DNA of 64,000 nucleotides from a virus: IMG/VR virus record IMGVR_UViG_3300047585_000133, positions 56,291 to 120,290 of that record; one strand, written 5' to 3'. Of this stretch, positions 47,597 to 56,746 are shown piece by piece. The first letter of the stretch is position 1; every line of letters starts with the position of its first letter. Made by a program: the position numbers and the translations under genes. The notes beneath the pieces are model-generated. The model was given only the letters and a program-made list of their open reading frames with translations, was not told the DNA's origin and did not search any database.

Positions 47597-47758
47597 ATGA
47601 GCCACGGAATCCTCACCGACTACAAGACCGGCGAAGCCATCCGCGAGGCCACGGCCGGGGAACTGGCCCAGACCGACGCCAAACTGGCCAGCGGCGACAG
47701 CGACGCCTACACCGGCGCATTCGACCTCGACGGCCGCACCGTCTACGTCGCCGAGTAG
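47597..47758 (+). CDS. Small hypothetical protein (MSHGILTDYKTGEAIREAT...)
   Basis: GGAGA RBS; TTGACG upstream. Confidence 0.6.
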   Translation: MSHGILTDYKTGEAIREATAGELAQTDAKLASGDSDAYTGAFDLDGRTVYVAE

Positions 47759-47983
47759 ATGCCCCGTAAGCGCAATGAGGCCCTGGTCGATGCGGCCAGG
47801 GCTCTCGCGTCTGCGGGCAAGACGCAGGCCGAGGCGTCAGCCAAGCTCGGCGTGCCCGTACGGACGCTCCAGTCGTGGCCGGTCGAGTGGCCCAAGGGGC
47901 GGCCGAGGGTTCCGGACGGGCAGGCGTCGGCGAGGACGGCACGGCGCAGGCGGACGGAGCGCGCCTCTGCGCAACTCCGCTGA
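47759..47983 (+). CDS. HTH DNA-binding protein
   Basis: GKTQAEASAKLGVPVRTLQSW. Confidence 0.7.
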   Translation: MPRKRNEALVDAARALASAGKTQAEASAKLGVPVRTLQSWPVEWPKGRPRVPDGQASARTARRRRTERASAQLR

Positions 47984-48509
47984 AGTCGCCTGAAGTCAGG
48001 TAGAGCCGGGAAGGACTCAGGCGGCTCAATGACCGTCCGGACACCTGCCGCCTGTTCTGGAAGTGCGCCAGTGCGCTTTGTGCCTCGGCCCGGTCGTCTA
48101 CTGGGACGGCGATTTCCGTCACCTGGACGCCAGGTGCCCCCAGACGAGGAGAGACTGATGCTGCCTGAGATGAAGCCCGAGGACGAAGCGCTCCTCGGCG
48201 AAGTTCTGGAGACAGCCAGGACCGCCGCCGCTGCCTGCATTCCGCGCAATCCGCAGTGGGGACCGGACTACGATCCCCTGACGATCCTCGCCAACCCGCT
48301 GTCGCATCCTGAGCACGAGCTGATCGCGCTGGTCAACATCCGGATCGCCATGCACCCGGAGGAGCGCTGGAGCAAGTGCGCTGACTGCGGGCGCGTCTTC
48401 CTCGTCCGCGAGGGCGACGGCACCGTGTGCTCCCCGGAGTGCTTCGACTCGTACCTGGCCTATCTCCTCGGTGTACGCGAACAGCCCGTAAGAATCCTGC
48501 GCGGCCCTC

Positions 48510-48552
48510 TTCCATAAATACAGCTTTTCTTGGTAATGTTGGTCTTGCAAGG
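48510..48552 (+). promoter_or_regulatory. Motif promoter plus CTTGCAAG (copy 11)
   Basis: AATACAGCTTTTCTTGG-TAATGT-TGGTCTTGCAAGG. Confidence 0.75.
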
Positions 48553-48747
48553 AACCAGCTACCGAAACGAGGAACACATGCCGGGAACACCAGGACCTTC
48601 AGCAGACCAGAAGAAACTGAGCATCAACTGCCGAGACTGCAACTCGGGCGTCGGCCAGCGGTGCTTCGACCTGCGTCCTGCTTACCGGGGACTGCGCATC
48701 GCCACCTTCCACAACATCCGCATCCAGGACGCGAAGGGAAAGTGACG

Positions 48748-49482
48748 ATGCCGGAAGAGAAGCTGCTGGAGCGAGTTCGCGCGCTGCTCGCCAAGGCCGA
48801 GAACGAGGGCTGCCCGCCGGCCGAGGCGGAGGCGCTGACGGCCAAGGCCGCCGAGCTGATGGCCAAGTACGGCATCGAACGGGCCATGATCGGCGCGCTG
48901 CGCCCCGAGACCGACAAGCCCGCCGACCGCGTCTTCATCCTGGGCAACCCCTGGGGCGACGTCAAGCGCCACCTGCTCGCCGGGATCGCGGTGGCGCTGC
49001 GCTGCCAGTGCGTGCAGGTGGGCTCCAAGAAGTACGGGATCTTCCTGCACGTCTTCGGGTACGAGTCCGACATCGAACGGACCGAGATGCTGTGGACATC
49101 TCTTCAGGTGCAGATGCAGCGGGCACTGGCCCAGGAGCGCCCGCAGTCGTACCGCGACGCGAATAACATCCGTGCCTGGCGGCGGTCGTTCATGCTCGGT
49201 TTCGCGCGGGCCGTGGTCCAGCGCATCAAGGCATCTGAGGCTGCCGCCGCCGAGAAGGCCGACGAGCGCTCTGAGACTGCCTCCGGTCCGTCCACGGCGC
49301 TGGTCCTGGCCGACCGCTCACTGGTCGTCAAGTCCCAGGTCGCCCGGGAGTACCCGAACCTCCGCAAGACCCGCGTGACCTACTCGGGCAGCGGTTACGG
49401 CAGCGGCCACGCGGCCGGGCAGCGGGCCGACATCGGCGGCGGCAAGGTCGGCGCCGGACAGGGGCGGGCGATCGGCCGGTGA
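48748..49482 (+). CDS. DUF2786 domain protein
   Basis: KLLERVRALLAKAE...EAEALTAKAAELMAKYGI; RRSFMLGF. Confidence 0.85.
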   Translation: MPEEKLLERVRALLAKAENEGCPPAEAEALTAKAAELMAKYGIERAMIGALRPETDKPADRVFILGNPWGDVKRHLLAGIAVALRCQCVQVGSKKYGIFLHVFGYESDIERTEMLWTSLQVQMQRALAQERPQSYRDANNIRAWRRSFMLGFARAVVQRIKASEAAAAEKADERSETASGPSTALVLADRSLVVKSQVAREYPNLRKTRVTYSGSGYGSGHAAGQRADIGGGKVGAGQGRAIGR

Positions 49483-49676
49483 ACGACCTGAAGACCTACC
49501 TACAATCGCTGGAGCAGCGCGGCTACCAGCTGGAGACGCTGGGCAAAAGCCACGTTGACGTCCGGTGGCAGGGCACGAGGGTGGCCGTCGCCCCCTCCAC
49601 GTCCCGCAGCCGCCGCGCACTGGAGAACCTGAAGGGATACGTCCGGCGGTTCGAGCAGAGCACTTCCGCCGGCTAG
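49479..49676 (+). CDS. HicA-like protein
   Basis: LEQRGYQL...KSHVDV...PSTSRSRRALENL. Confidence 0.6.
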   Translation: MNDLKTYLQSLEQRGYQLETLGKSHVDVRWQGTRVAVAPSTSRSRRALENLKGYVRRFEQSTSAG

Positions 49677-49689
49677 CGCCGGCAGCCGT

Positions 49690-49724
49690 GCAAGGGGTTC
49701 AGGGAATCTTCCTGGACCCCTTGC
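49690..49724 (+). terminator. Hairpin, likely terminator
   Basis: GCAAGGGGTTCAGG...CCTGGACCCCTTGC. Confidence 0.55.
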
Positions 49725-49763
49725 TGCAATACAGCTTTTCTTGGTAATGTTGGTCTTGCAAGG
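49721..49763 (+). promoter_or_regulatory. Motif promoter plus CTTGCAAG (copy 12)
   Basis: TTGCTG-CAATACAGCTTTTCTTGG-TAATGT-TGGTCTTGCAAGG. Confidence 0.75.
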
Positions 49764-49787
49764 GACCGAGCAGCCGAGGAGAAGCCA

Positions 49788-50702
49788 GTGACGAAGACCC
49801 AGACCCCCGCCGAATTCGACGCCACCGAACTGGCCGTGATGCAGGACCTGGCTAAGGCTGACCGCACAGTAGACCAGGTCGTCGAAGCCGCTCACCGCAA
49901 GGCCGGCGACACCTACGGCTGGACCAGCCGCACCGCCCACGGCTGGCAGCTCAGCGACGAAGAGGCTGCCGAGCTGTCCGGTCTGAAAGGGACGCTCGCC
50001 GCAGCTCAGTACGAAGTCGAGGAACTGAACCGGAAAATCACCGCGATGGAGCAGTACTACCGCGCCGACCCCTGGACCCGCTGGTACCCGTGCCTCAACG
50101 CCGACGGGCACATCCACTCCAGTCACAGCGACTGCCCCACCCTGCACCGGATGGGCCAGGAGACGGCGATGGGCTGGGAGACGCGCCTGTCCGGCCAGCC
50201 GGTCGCGGTCGTCATCGCGGAGCTGGGGCCGCGCCTGTGCAGCGTGTGCTTCCCCGAAGCCCCGGCCGAGCACTGCCGGTCGCTGAGCGACATCACCCGG
50301 GCCGGCCGCGAGGCCGCCAGGGCGGCGAAGAACGCCGAACGGGATGCGAAGCTGGCGGTCAAGAACCTGGCCGAGCCGTTCTTGGCCAGCGACGGCGATG
50401 TCATCACCACCGTGGCCGCCGCCAAGGCCGCCGTGCGCAAGGCCGCCGAAACCGCAGTCGAGCTGGACTGGCACAAGAGCGAAGACGGCCGCAGCAAGTG
50501 GAAGGGCATGGAGGACCGCTACAACGGGTTCCTGCTCCGGATGGCCCGCAGACTGGCCGGCGAGCAGGCCGACGCCACTGCACTCAACGAGATCCTGATT
50601 AACCGCGAAGCTGCCGCTCCCGGCACCGGCTGGACGTACGTGGAGTTCGCCAAGTCGGTCAGGGCCACCACCGCGCGGACCCGCAAGGCGTACTTCGGCT
50701 AG
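49788..50702 (+). CDS. Conserved actinophage protein with GHIH..C / CSVCFP metal motif
   Basis: WTRWY...GHIHSSHSDCPTL...LCSVCFPEAP; RBS GAGGAG. Confidence 0.7.
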   Translation: MTKTQTPAEFDATELAVMQDLAKADRTVDQVVEAAHRKAGDTYGWTSRTAHGWQLSDEEAAELSGLKGTLAAAQYEVEELNRKITAMEQYYRADPWTRWYPCLNADGHIHSSHSDCPTLHRMGQETAMGWETRLSGQPVAVVIAELGPRLCSVCFPEAPAEHCRSLSDITRAGREAARAAKNAERDAKLAVKNLAEPFLASDGDVITTVAAAKAAVRKAAETAVELDWHKSEDGRSKWKGMEDRYNGFLLRMARRLAGEQADATALNEILINREAAAPGTGWTYVEFAKSVRATTARTRKAYFG

Positions 50703-50712
50703 ACCCGGACCC

Positions 50713-50748
50713 GGGAGGCCCTGCAACCGGAATGGTGCAGGGCCTCCC
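50713..50748 (+). terminator. Hairpin, likely terminator
   Basis: GGGAGGCCCTGCA...TGCAGGGCCTCCC. Confidence 0.6.
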
Positions 50749-50773
50749 GTCTTATCAAGAAAACCTGTATCAT
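50745..50773 (+). promoter_or_regulatory. Motif promoter, inverted spacer (copy 13)
   Basis: CTTATCAAGAAAACCTG-TATCAT. Confidence 0.65.
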
Positions 50774-50979
50774 GGAGGGCACTATGAAGATCACCGGAAG
50801 GACATACTGATGCCCGGCTGGATCCCGCGCTGGCACCCCGTCGTATGGGCCGTCGTCATCATCCTGTTCATCGCCGTCGTCACCGACCCCGTCGGATGGG
50901 CCGGACGGGTCCAGGGCCTGCTCCACGACCTGGACCACATCGCCCACCAGCTCACCGTCTTCTTCACGAGTATCTGACC

Positions 50980-51543
50980 ATGGCAGGCAGGCACCGCTCC
51001 AGGCGCAGGCTCGGCCGCTGGCTGGTGCCGTGCGCCGGGGCCGTCGCGCTCTGGCTGGCCGACAACGACCCCTTCGGCGCGGCCGGGTTCGGCCTGCTGC
51101 TGGCTGTGGGGCTGCTGCTGGGCCTCTTCTACCCGCTGCTGGCGATCCTTGCCCTGGAGGCTCCTGGGGCGCTGATCCCTTCGGGGTGGCGCTCCTGGTA
51201 CTGGAAAGAGGCGCCCAGGCCGACGGTTCACGCCTGGCTCAAGCGGACGGTGAAGGCAGCGGACCGTTACTCCTGCTGCTACTGCGGCAGCAGCTCAGAC
51301 CTACAGATCGACCACGTAAAGCCCTGGGCAGTCGGCGGGCGCATGAGTTTCTGGAACTTCATGACGCTGTGCGGAACCTGTAACAGAGTGAAAAGTGATT
51401 ACTGGGTGTTCCGCAGCGGCCGGGTCAACTACCATCCCTGGAAGCGTCACTGCAACGAGCGGAGCGCCGCCCTGATCCTCGCCTGCGAGCTGAGGCACCG
51501 CCGCAGCCTGGCACGTCTCGTTCGGGCCGCAATCGCCCTGTAG
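50980..51543 (+). CDS. HNH endonuclease with N-terminal TM segments
   Basis: CCYCG...IDHVKPWAVGG...NFMTLCGTCNRVKSD preceded by two hydrophobic helices. Confidence 0.8.
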   Translation: MAGRHRSRRRLGRWLVPCAGAVALWLADNDPFGAAGFGLLLAVGLLLGLFYPLLAILALEAPGALIPSGWRSWYWKEAPRPTVHAWLKRTVKAADRYSCCYCGSSSDLQIDHVKPWAVGGRMSFWNFMTLCGTCNRVKSDYWVFRSGRVNYHPWKRHCNERSAALILACELRHRRSLARLVRAAIAL

Positions 51544-51610
51544 GGCAGCGAACGGCCCCAGCGGCTAGTATCTTGCGGTGGTAATCCTGTCGCTAAAGGA
51601 AGGTTTCTCT

Positions 51611-52663
51611 GTGAAGCTAAACCGAAAGGGCGCCGTCAGCCTGGCGGCTGCCGTTGCGGTAGCAGCCGGGGCCGGGGCTGCGTTCGCCGCCACCAGCCAG
51701 GCCGGCGCTGCCGGGTACACGGACACTTCGCTCCAGGTCAGCAACTTCGTCTGGCAGCACGAGATCACCGGCACGGCATCAGCGAACGAAGTACTCCCCA
51801 CTACGGTTGACGTCAGCGGCCTGAAGGGAGCATTCGCGCCGGGCTCAAGCTCGGACCGGAGCGTCGTCTACGCCATCAAGGCGGGCGCAGACGTTGACGG
51901 CGTGACTCTCTCAGTGACAGACAATGAGATTCTGGCCGCCACCACGACGGGCGTTATCTCTGCTAACGGCACCCTGAACAACGGAGCGGTCGCCCCGGTT
52001 GCGGCCACCGTCACGCTGACTGCTACCGACACTTACGGTGACGTCGCTGTGGTCACGGTCCCCGTCGAGGTCAGCAACAACTCCGTAGTCCTCGGAACGG
52101 GCTCGGTGCTGACCGACGAGGTCTACAGCATCACCGCTAGCAACGACAACACCAACGGATCAGTCGTGTTCGCCGCGAAGGACACCGGGGATACAGCTAT
52201 CGCCGCTACCAGCGAGTCGAACCTGCCGTCAGGCCTGGTCTCAGGTAACCCGCTGCTGCCGGGTACTGCAATCCCGGGCAAGTACAACGACCTGGAAGTG
52301 ACGGCGGCCGACGCTGCCGGGGCCCAGGCTACGGGAAGCTTCCTGCTCAAGGTGAACGGCGGCCCGGCGGCCGTGCCGGTTCTGTCACACGGCCAGGCTT
52401 ACTACGTCTCCCCGGTCCGCGAGAACGTCGCTTTCGAGTCGAGCCTGCCCACCTGGGTCAAGTTCACGATCACCGGCCCCGGCCCGATCAACGGGCACGT
52501 CGGCTGGGTGTACGCCCAGGGCGACGGGGTCCTCAACACCGCCGTGTACGGCGGCCTGGAGGCCAAGGAGGGCTACAAGATCATCTTCCAGCCGTACACC
52601 GGCAAGAACGGATCGCCGGTCGGCCACTACGGCTATGTCTGGTTCGTGACCGACAAGAAGTAG
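51611..52663 (+). CDS. Secreted Ig-like beta-sandwich protein
   Basis: Signal peptide KLNRKGAVSLAAAVAVAAG...AGA; VTLTATD / LEVTAAD Ig-like strands. Confidence 0.7.
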   Translation: MKLNRKGAVSLAAAVAVAAGAGAAFAATSQAGAAGYTDTSLQVSNFVWQHEITGTASANEVLPTTVDVSGLKGAFAPGSSSDRSVVYAIKAGADVDGVTLSVTDNEILAATTTGVISANGTLNNGAVAPVAATVTLTATDTYGDVAVVTVPVEVSNNSVVLGTGSVLTDEVYSITASNDNTNGSVVFAAKDTGDTAIAATSESNLPSGLVSGNPLLPGTAIPGKYNDLEVTAADAAGAQATGSFLLKVNGGPAAVPVLSHGQAYYVSPVRENVAFESSLPTWVKFTITGPGPINGHVGWVYAQGDGVLNTAVYGGLEAKEGYKIIFQPYTGKNGSPVGHYGYVWFVTDKK

Positions 52664-52679
52664 CCGCCTGCTGAACCAG

Positions 52680-52714
52680 GAGGGCCGTCCCCGCTACGAA
52701 CGGGGGCGGCCCTC
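52680..52714 (+). terminator. Hairpin terminator
   Basis: GAGGGCCGTCCCCG...CGGGGGCGGCCCTC. Confidence 0.6.
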
Positions 52715-52729
52715 TCTGTATTCTCAGGG

Positions 52730-52772
52730 TTGCACAAATACAGCTTTTCTTGGTAATGTCGTTCTTGCAAGG
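52730..52772 (+). promoter_or_regulatory. Motif promoter plus CTTGCAAG (copy 14)
   Basis: TTGCAC-AAATACAGCTTTTCTTGG-TAATGT-CGTTCTTGCAAGG. Confidence 0.75.
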
Positions 52773-52795
52773 GAACAGCACCCGAGGAGGACGCA

Positions 52796-53299
52796 ATGGC
52801 CGGAAGAAGCGCCAGGACGATGATCGCCGCCACCCAGTGGGGAGACGTCGAGTACAGGACCGCCGGGAACTACAGCGTCGCCGGGGTCATCCACTGCATG
52901 ATCAACGGCGAGCTGGTCACCCGCGTCGCCGCCGTCGGCAATTCCTGGGACTCGGTGCAGAGCCGCACCCGCAGGGCCCTGCGCGATGCCCGCCCCGGCA
53001 CGCTCCCCTCGGACTACGTTTACCTGACGGAAGTCGTCTCCCTGACCGAGGCGACCGCCCCGAAACTGCACCAGTACTTCGGCACCCACAAGCTCTCCGT
53101 CACCCAGGTCTTCACGCCCGGCCGGGGCTGGACTGCCGCTAACTACCACGCCGGCCGCAGCAGCCTGCGGAAGCTGGCAAAGGAAGGCGTCACCGCCGTC
53201 TCCGCCGGCAGGAGCCGGACGGCGCGGCTCGGCCGCTGGGAAGCCGGCTTCCAGATGGACGAGCTGCTCAAGTCCATGAACGCACGAAAGTCGTCCTGA
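52796..53299 (+). CDS. Hypothetical protein
   Basis: GAGGAGG RBS. Confidence 0.65.
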   Translation: MAGRSARTMIAATQWGDVEYRTAGNYSVAGVIHCMINGELVTRVAAVGNSWDSVQSRTRRALRDARPGTLPSDYVYLTEVVSLTEATAPKLHQYFGTHKLSVTQVFTPGRGWTAANYHAGRSSLRKLAKEGVTAVSAGRSRTARLGRWEAGFQMDELLKSMNARKSS

Positions 53300-53300
53300 A

Positions 53301-53600
53301 ATGAAGAGAACGGTCCGTACCTGGCAGGAAAATTTCCCTCTCGGCAAGTTCTGCCGGCGGCTGGGCATTCCGGAAGACGAAGCTCCTTACCTGCTCACGA
53401 TGTACGCGGAAGTGTTCGGGGTCAGCGCCACGTTCATCCAGCCGACCGGGGAACATGAGAGCGAACAGTGGGACCGGCACTGGTGGTCCAAGCGGGCATT
53501 CTGCAAGGCACTCGGCCTGCCCGGTGAGTGGAGCAAGTCCCTGACAAATTTCAGTGTCAACACCTATGAAGAGACCGTGGAAGTCAGGTTCGTACTATGA
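53301..53600 (+). CDS. Hypothetical protein with internal duplication
   Basis: FCRRLGIP / FCKALGLP. Confidence 0.55.
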   Translation: MKRTVRTWQENFPLGKFCRRLGIPEDEAPYLLTMYAEVFGVSATFIQPTGEHESEQWDRHWWSKRAFCKALGLPGEWSKSLTNFSVNTYEETVEVRFVL

Positions 53601-53983
53601 GCGAAGCGAGCAAGGCCCCGGCGGAGCCGGACGAGACACTGGAGGCCCTGCGGGGCATGGCGAAGTTCATCGAGGAAGCGTTCGGCAGGCCCCCGGCTGT
53701 GTCCGTACCGGACTGGCACTTCGCTAAGGAGGAGCACCTGGTGTCCTGGGTCTGGCTGATCCCCGCCGGGACGAACAGGGATTACAAGGTCAACTGCGGG
53801 TTCCGCTTCCACCAGCGCGGTGACCGGCAGCGGCTGGAAGCCTGGGGGCACGGCAACAGGCTCGAACTGTCCGCCGCGCACGGCGGCCTGACGAACTTCC
53901 CCGGTCTCCAGACGATGATCCACACGGTGATCAGCGCACAGCCGAGGACCGATACGGACAACAGGCCCCTTCACGGGTTATAG
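53597..53983 (+). CDS. Hypothetical protein
   Basis: ATGA overlap. Confidence 0.55.
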   Translation: MSEASKAPAEPDETLEALRGMAKFIEEAFGRPPAVSVPDWHFAKEEHLVSWVWLIPAGTNRDYKVNCGFRFHQRGDRQRLEAWGHGNRLELSAAHGGLTNFPGLQTMIHTVISAQPRTDTDNRPLHGL

Positions 53984-54029
53984 TGGCACGCAGAGACGTC
54001 CCGCCCGCAGGCAGGCGTCTCCGTGGCAG

Positions 54030-54081
54030 AGAAAAGACCGCCGGGCTCCCCGCTCTTAACCCCGGCGGTCTTTTCTTCTTT
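54030..54081. terminator. Bidirectional intrinsic terminator at the convergent junction
   Basis: AGAAAAGACCGCCGGG...CCCGGCGGTCTTTTCT. Confidence 0.85.
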
Positions 54082-54082
54082 C

Positions 54083-55114
54083 CTACAGGGCGGCCAGCTC
54101 CGCGACGTCGGCGATATCCCCGAGGCCGCCTGCCGCACCGGAAGCTCCCCCGCCGCCTTCGCCGCCGCCCAGGCCGGGCATGATCATCGACCGGATCCCC
54201 TGGCCTTCCAGGACGTGCGCGGCGGCGCCGCCCCCTCCGCCGCCGGACCCCGATCCCCCGCCGCCTCCGCCGCCCATCGGGCCGTTGCCGATCGCCGAGT
54301 CGTTGAGGTCGGCCGCCCGCAGGTAACGGGACACCACCTTGCGGCCCAGCCGCTCGCACTCGGCCGCCGGCAGCCCCGGGTTCGCCTCCGCGATCATCGC
54401 GGTCACCCGCAGGATCTTCGAGCGTACGGGGTCGAGGCTGCCCGTGGTGACCCCGGGGCGGCCGGTCGCCTGTCCTACCGGAGCCGTGTTGCCGCCCGGC
54501 TGGGGCCCGGCGGAGACGCTCGGGGACATGCTGTTGGAGTCCGGAGTCGGCAGCCCCACGTCCACCGAGCCGTTGCCCAGTCCGGCGTCCGGCGGGGTGT
54601 ACGGGCTCATCATCGACGCACCGGGATCGTCAGAGGCCTGCCGGCGCAGCGACCCGGTAGCCTGGCTGACCGGGGCTGCCGCCTCCTGCCTGGGCTGGGT
54701 GACCGCCGGGTCAGGCCCGGACAGGTTTCCCATCGGGACCTCCGAGTAGCCGTGACTGAAATCCGGGCCCTCGTCGTGCTCCAGGGGCTCTTCGGGGCCC
54801 TGGCCGTAGCCGCCGCCGTTCAGCAGCGGCTCCAGCGAGATAAGCGGGTCTTCCCCCTCGGCCAGGGCCTCGCGGTACAGCTCGTAGCGGCGCCGGGCGG
54901 TCGCCTCGATGTCGTCCGCCTCTACCCCGGCGCGGGCCGCGATCAGCATGACGGAAGAGTTTGCCGTCGCCAGCCGGTGCCCGAACTCCTCCGGACTCCG
55001 CGAGGCGAGCAGGAACGGCATCAGGCTATCCATCTCGGCTTCGGCACGGGCGAGTGCCGCTTCCCTCGCGAAGTGCTCGTGGTCGCCGGAGGCGGCCTCC
55101 CACAGGTCGTCCAC
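54083..55114 (-). CDS. Gly/Pro-rich putative internal head protein
   Basis: GTG at 55114 coupled to previous TAG; FLLASRSPEEFGHRLA helical N-terminus. Confidence 0.65.
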   Translation of the reverse strand: MDDLWEAASGDHEHFAREAALARAEAEMDSLMPFLLASRSPEEFGHRLATANSSVMLIAARAGVEADDIEATARRRYELYREALAEGEDPLISLEPLLNGGGYGQGPEEPLEHDEGPDFSHGYSEVPMGNLSGPDPAVTQPRQEAAAPVSQATGSLRRQASDDPGASMMSPYTPPDAGLGNGSVDVGLPTPDSNSMSPSVSAGPQPGGNTAPVGQATGRPGVTTGSLDPVRSKILRVTAMIAEANPGLPAAECERLGRKVVSRYLRAADLNDSAIGNGPMGGGGGGGSGSGGGGGGAAAHVLEGQGIRSMIMPGLGGGEGGGGASGAAGGLGDIADVAELAAL

Positions 55115-56739
55115 TACTGCGCTCCCATCTTCGCCAGATTGGCCTGCACCGTATGCCGGAAAGCCGCCAGGCGGTCGTTGCCGCGCGGGTCTCCCCGGTA
55201 GGCGTCCTTGTTGCTGTACTCGCCGTGGTCGGCTTTGTTCTCGGCTGCGGGTGCCAGTATGGCATTCTCCGGGTGCATCCCCGAGTAGGTCTGCACCGTC
55301 GGGCCGTCCGGCTGCGGCTGCTGCTGCGGCCGGCCCATCACGTCGTCGGGGACAACAGGACCGCCGGGCAGCGGCGGGGCACCCTGGTAAGGGGAAGCGC
55401 CTCCCGCCTGAGCCGGGTCCGACAGGCCGCCCATCGGCGGCGGGGCGCCGGGACCGTTGAGCGGGGTCGCGCCCATCGGGTCCGGCGAGGTACCCGGTCC
55501 GTCGGTAATCAGGTCCGTGGAAGTTCCGGCCTGGCGGACCAGGTACATGGACGTGCCGTGACCGTACCCGCCCGTCTGCTTGCGGGTAAACGACTGGTGC
55601 AGTCCGATCCGGCGGATCAGGCCCCTGTGCCTGCCGCCCTGAACGGCATGGGCATGCGTCCACGCTTCCTGGATCTCCGGCCGGTCGGTGATCCCCGCGT
55701 ACAGCCCGGCCTCGAACTTCGCCGAACCCTGGGCGACCAGCCGCTGGCCCGGCCGCCACTTCAAGGCAAAGAGGTACGCCCGCCTGAACTCCGGGTCCCT
55801 CATCAGCGAGTCAGGGGCGAACGCAGCCGATACCCGCCTCAGCGACGCGGTGTGCTTCGACGCGCGGGCCACCTGGAAGGACCGCTGCGCCTCCTGGGCG
55901 TTCTGCGCCTGGCCCGAGTCCCCGCCCATCGAGCGGGGCACGTCCTGCGGACCCTGCGGGGACCGGGCCTGGCCGTACCCCTGGGCGTAGCCCTTCACGT
56001 ACGGGCTGACCCCGGAGGAGTTGTCGGCGAACAGGGGCCGCTCCCCCGCCGACCTGTCCGACTGGCCGGCGCTCATGCCCGCCTGGTAGTCGCCGCCCTC
56101 GTTCTGCGACCAGGGATCCGGGGACGTCTCCGGGGTATTGTACGGCGGGTTAGTGTCGTCGGTGGTCTGGTGCGGCGGCGTCCAGGTGTCGGCTTCGCGG
56201 CGCATCGCAGTGGCCTGGCCGCCGCTGTCACCGTGGTACAGGACGCTGGAGTCCGCGTTCATTTTCCGTCCCTGGGCGTAGGCCGCCAGGTACTGCGGGT
56301 GCAGGTCGCCGCGCCCGGTCTGCCGGTCGTACTCCTGCTGCGTCATCGCCGCGCGGCCGACCGCACCGTGCATCAGCCCGGCCGTCTCGTTCCAGGCCTG
56401 GAGGTAGCGGCCGTGCTGGATGGGGTTGTACGGGAACTTGTCCTGGTGCTGCGGGCTGTCGCCCCGGGCCGCCGCCGCCTGGCCGAGGGCCTCGGCATCG
56501 CCCGGGGGAAGCTGGGCCCTGGCTCCGGTGCGCGGCTGCGGGCCGTCCGGCCCGGTCGACCACTGCTGGCCGAACGTGGAGCCGGGCGCGTTGTCCCCGA
56601 GCGGGAACGCCACGCCGTCGGGCAGCTCGTCGTCCTCGGGGACGGCTTTGTTGTTCGGGTCGGTCACCTGCTGGATCTGCGGCAGGCCGCTGGCTCCCTG
56701 AAAGAGGAAGTGGCCCTGGGGGAGGATCCCGGTTGTCAC
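55114..56739 (-). CDS. Low-complexity putative internal head protein
   Basis: Begins with QGASGLPQIQQVTDPNN, also present in the upstream gene; xxA motifs. Confidence 0.65.
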   Translation of the reverse strand: MTTGILPQGHFLFQGASGLPQIQQVTDPNNKAVPEDDELPDGVAFPLGDNAPGSTFGQQWSTGPDGPQPRTGARAQLPPGDAEALGQAAAARGDSPQHQDKFPYNPIQHGRYLQAWNETAGLMHGAVGRAAMTQQEYDRQTGRGDLHPQYLAAYAQGRKMNADSSVLYHGDSGGQATAMRREADTWTPPHQTTDDTNPPYNTPETSPDPWSQNEGGDYQAGMSAGQSDRSAGERPLFADNSSGVSPYVKGYAQGYGQARSPQGPQDVPRSMGGDSGQAQNAQEAQRSFQVARASKHTASLRRVSAAFAPDSLMRDPEFRRAYLFALKWRPGQRLVAQGSAKFEAGLYAGITDRPEIQEAWTHAHAVQGGRHRGLIRRIGLHQSFTRKQTGGYGHGTSMYLVRQAGTSTDLITDGPGTSPDPMGATPLNGPGAPPPMGGLSDPAQAGGASPYQGAPPLPGGPVVPDDVMGRPQQQPQPDGPTVQTYSGMHPENAILAPAAENKADHGEYSNKDAYRGDPRGNDRLAAFRHTVQANLAKMGAQ

Positions 56740-56746
56740 GGCTCGC

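Noticed and set aside
49479-49676. Complete HicAB toxin-antitoxin module
   Set aside because: No HicB-like neighbour; the Phd-like (17538) and DUF2283 (3804) genes are distant orphans
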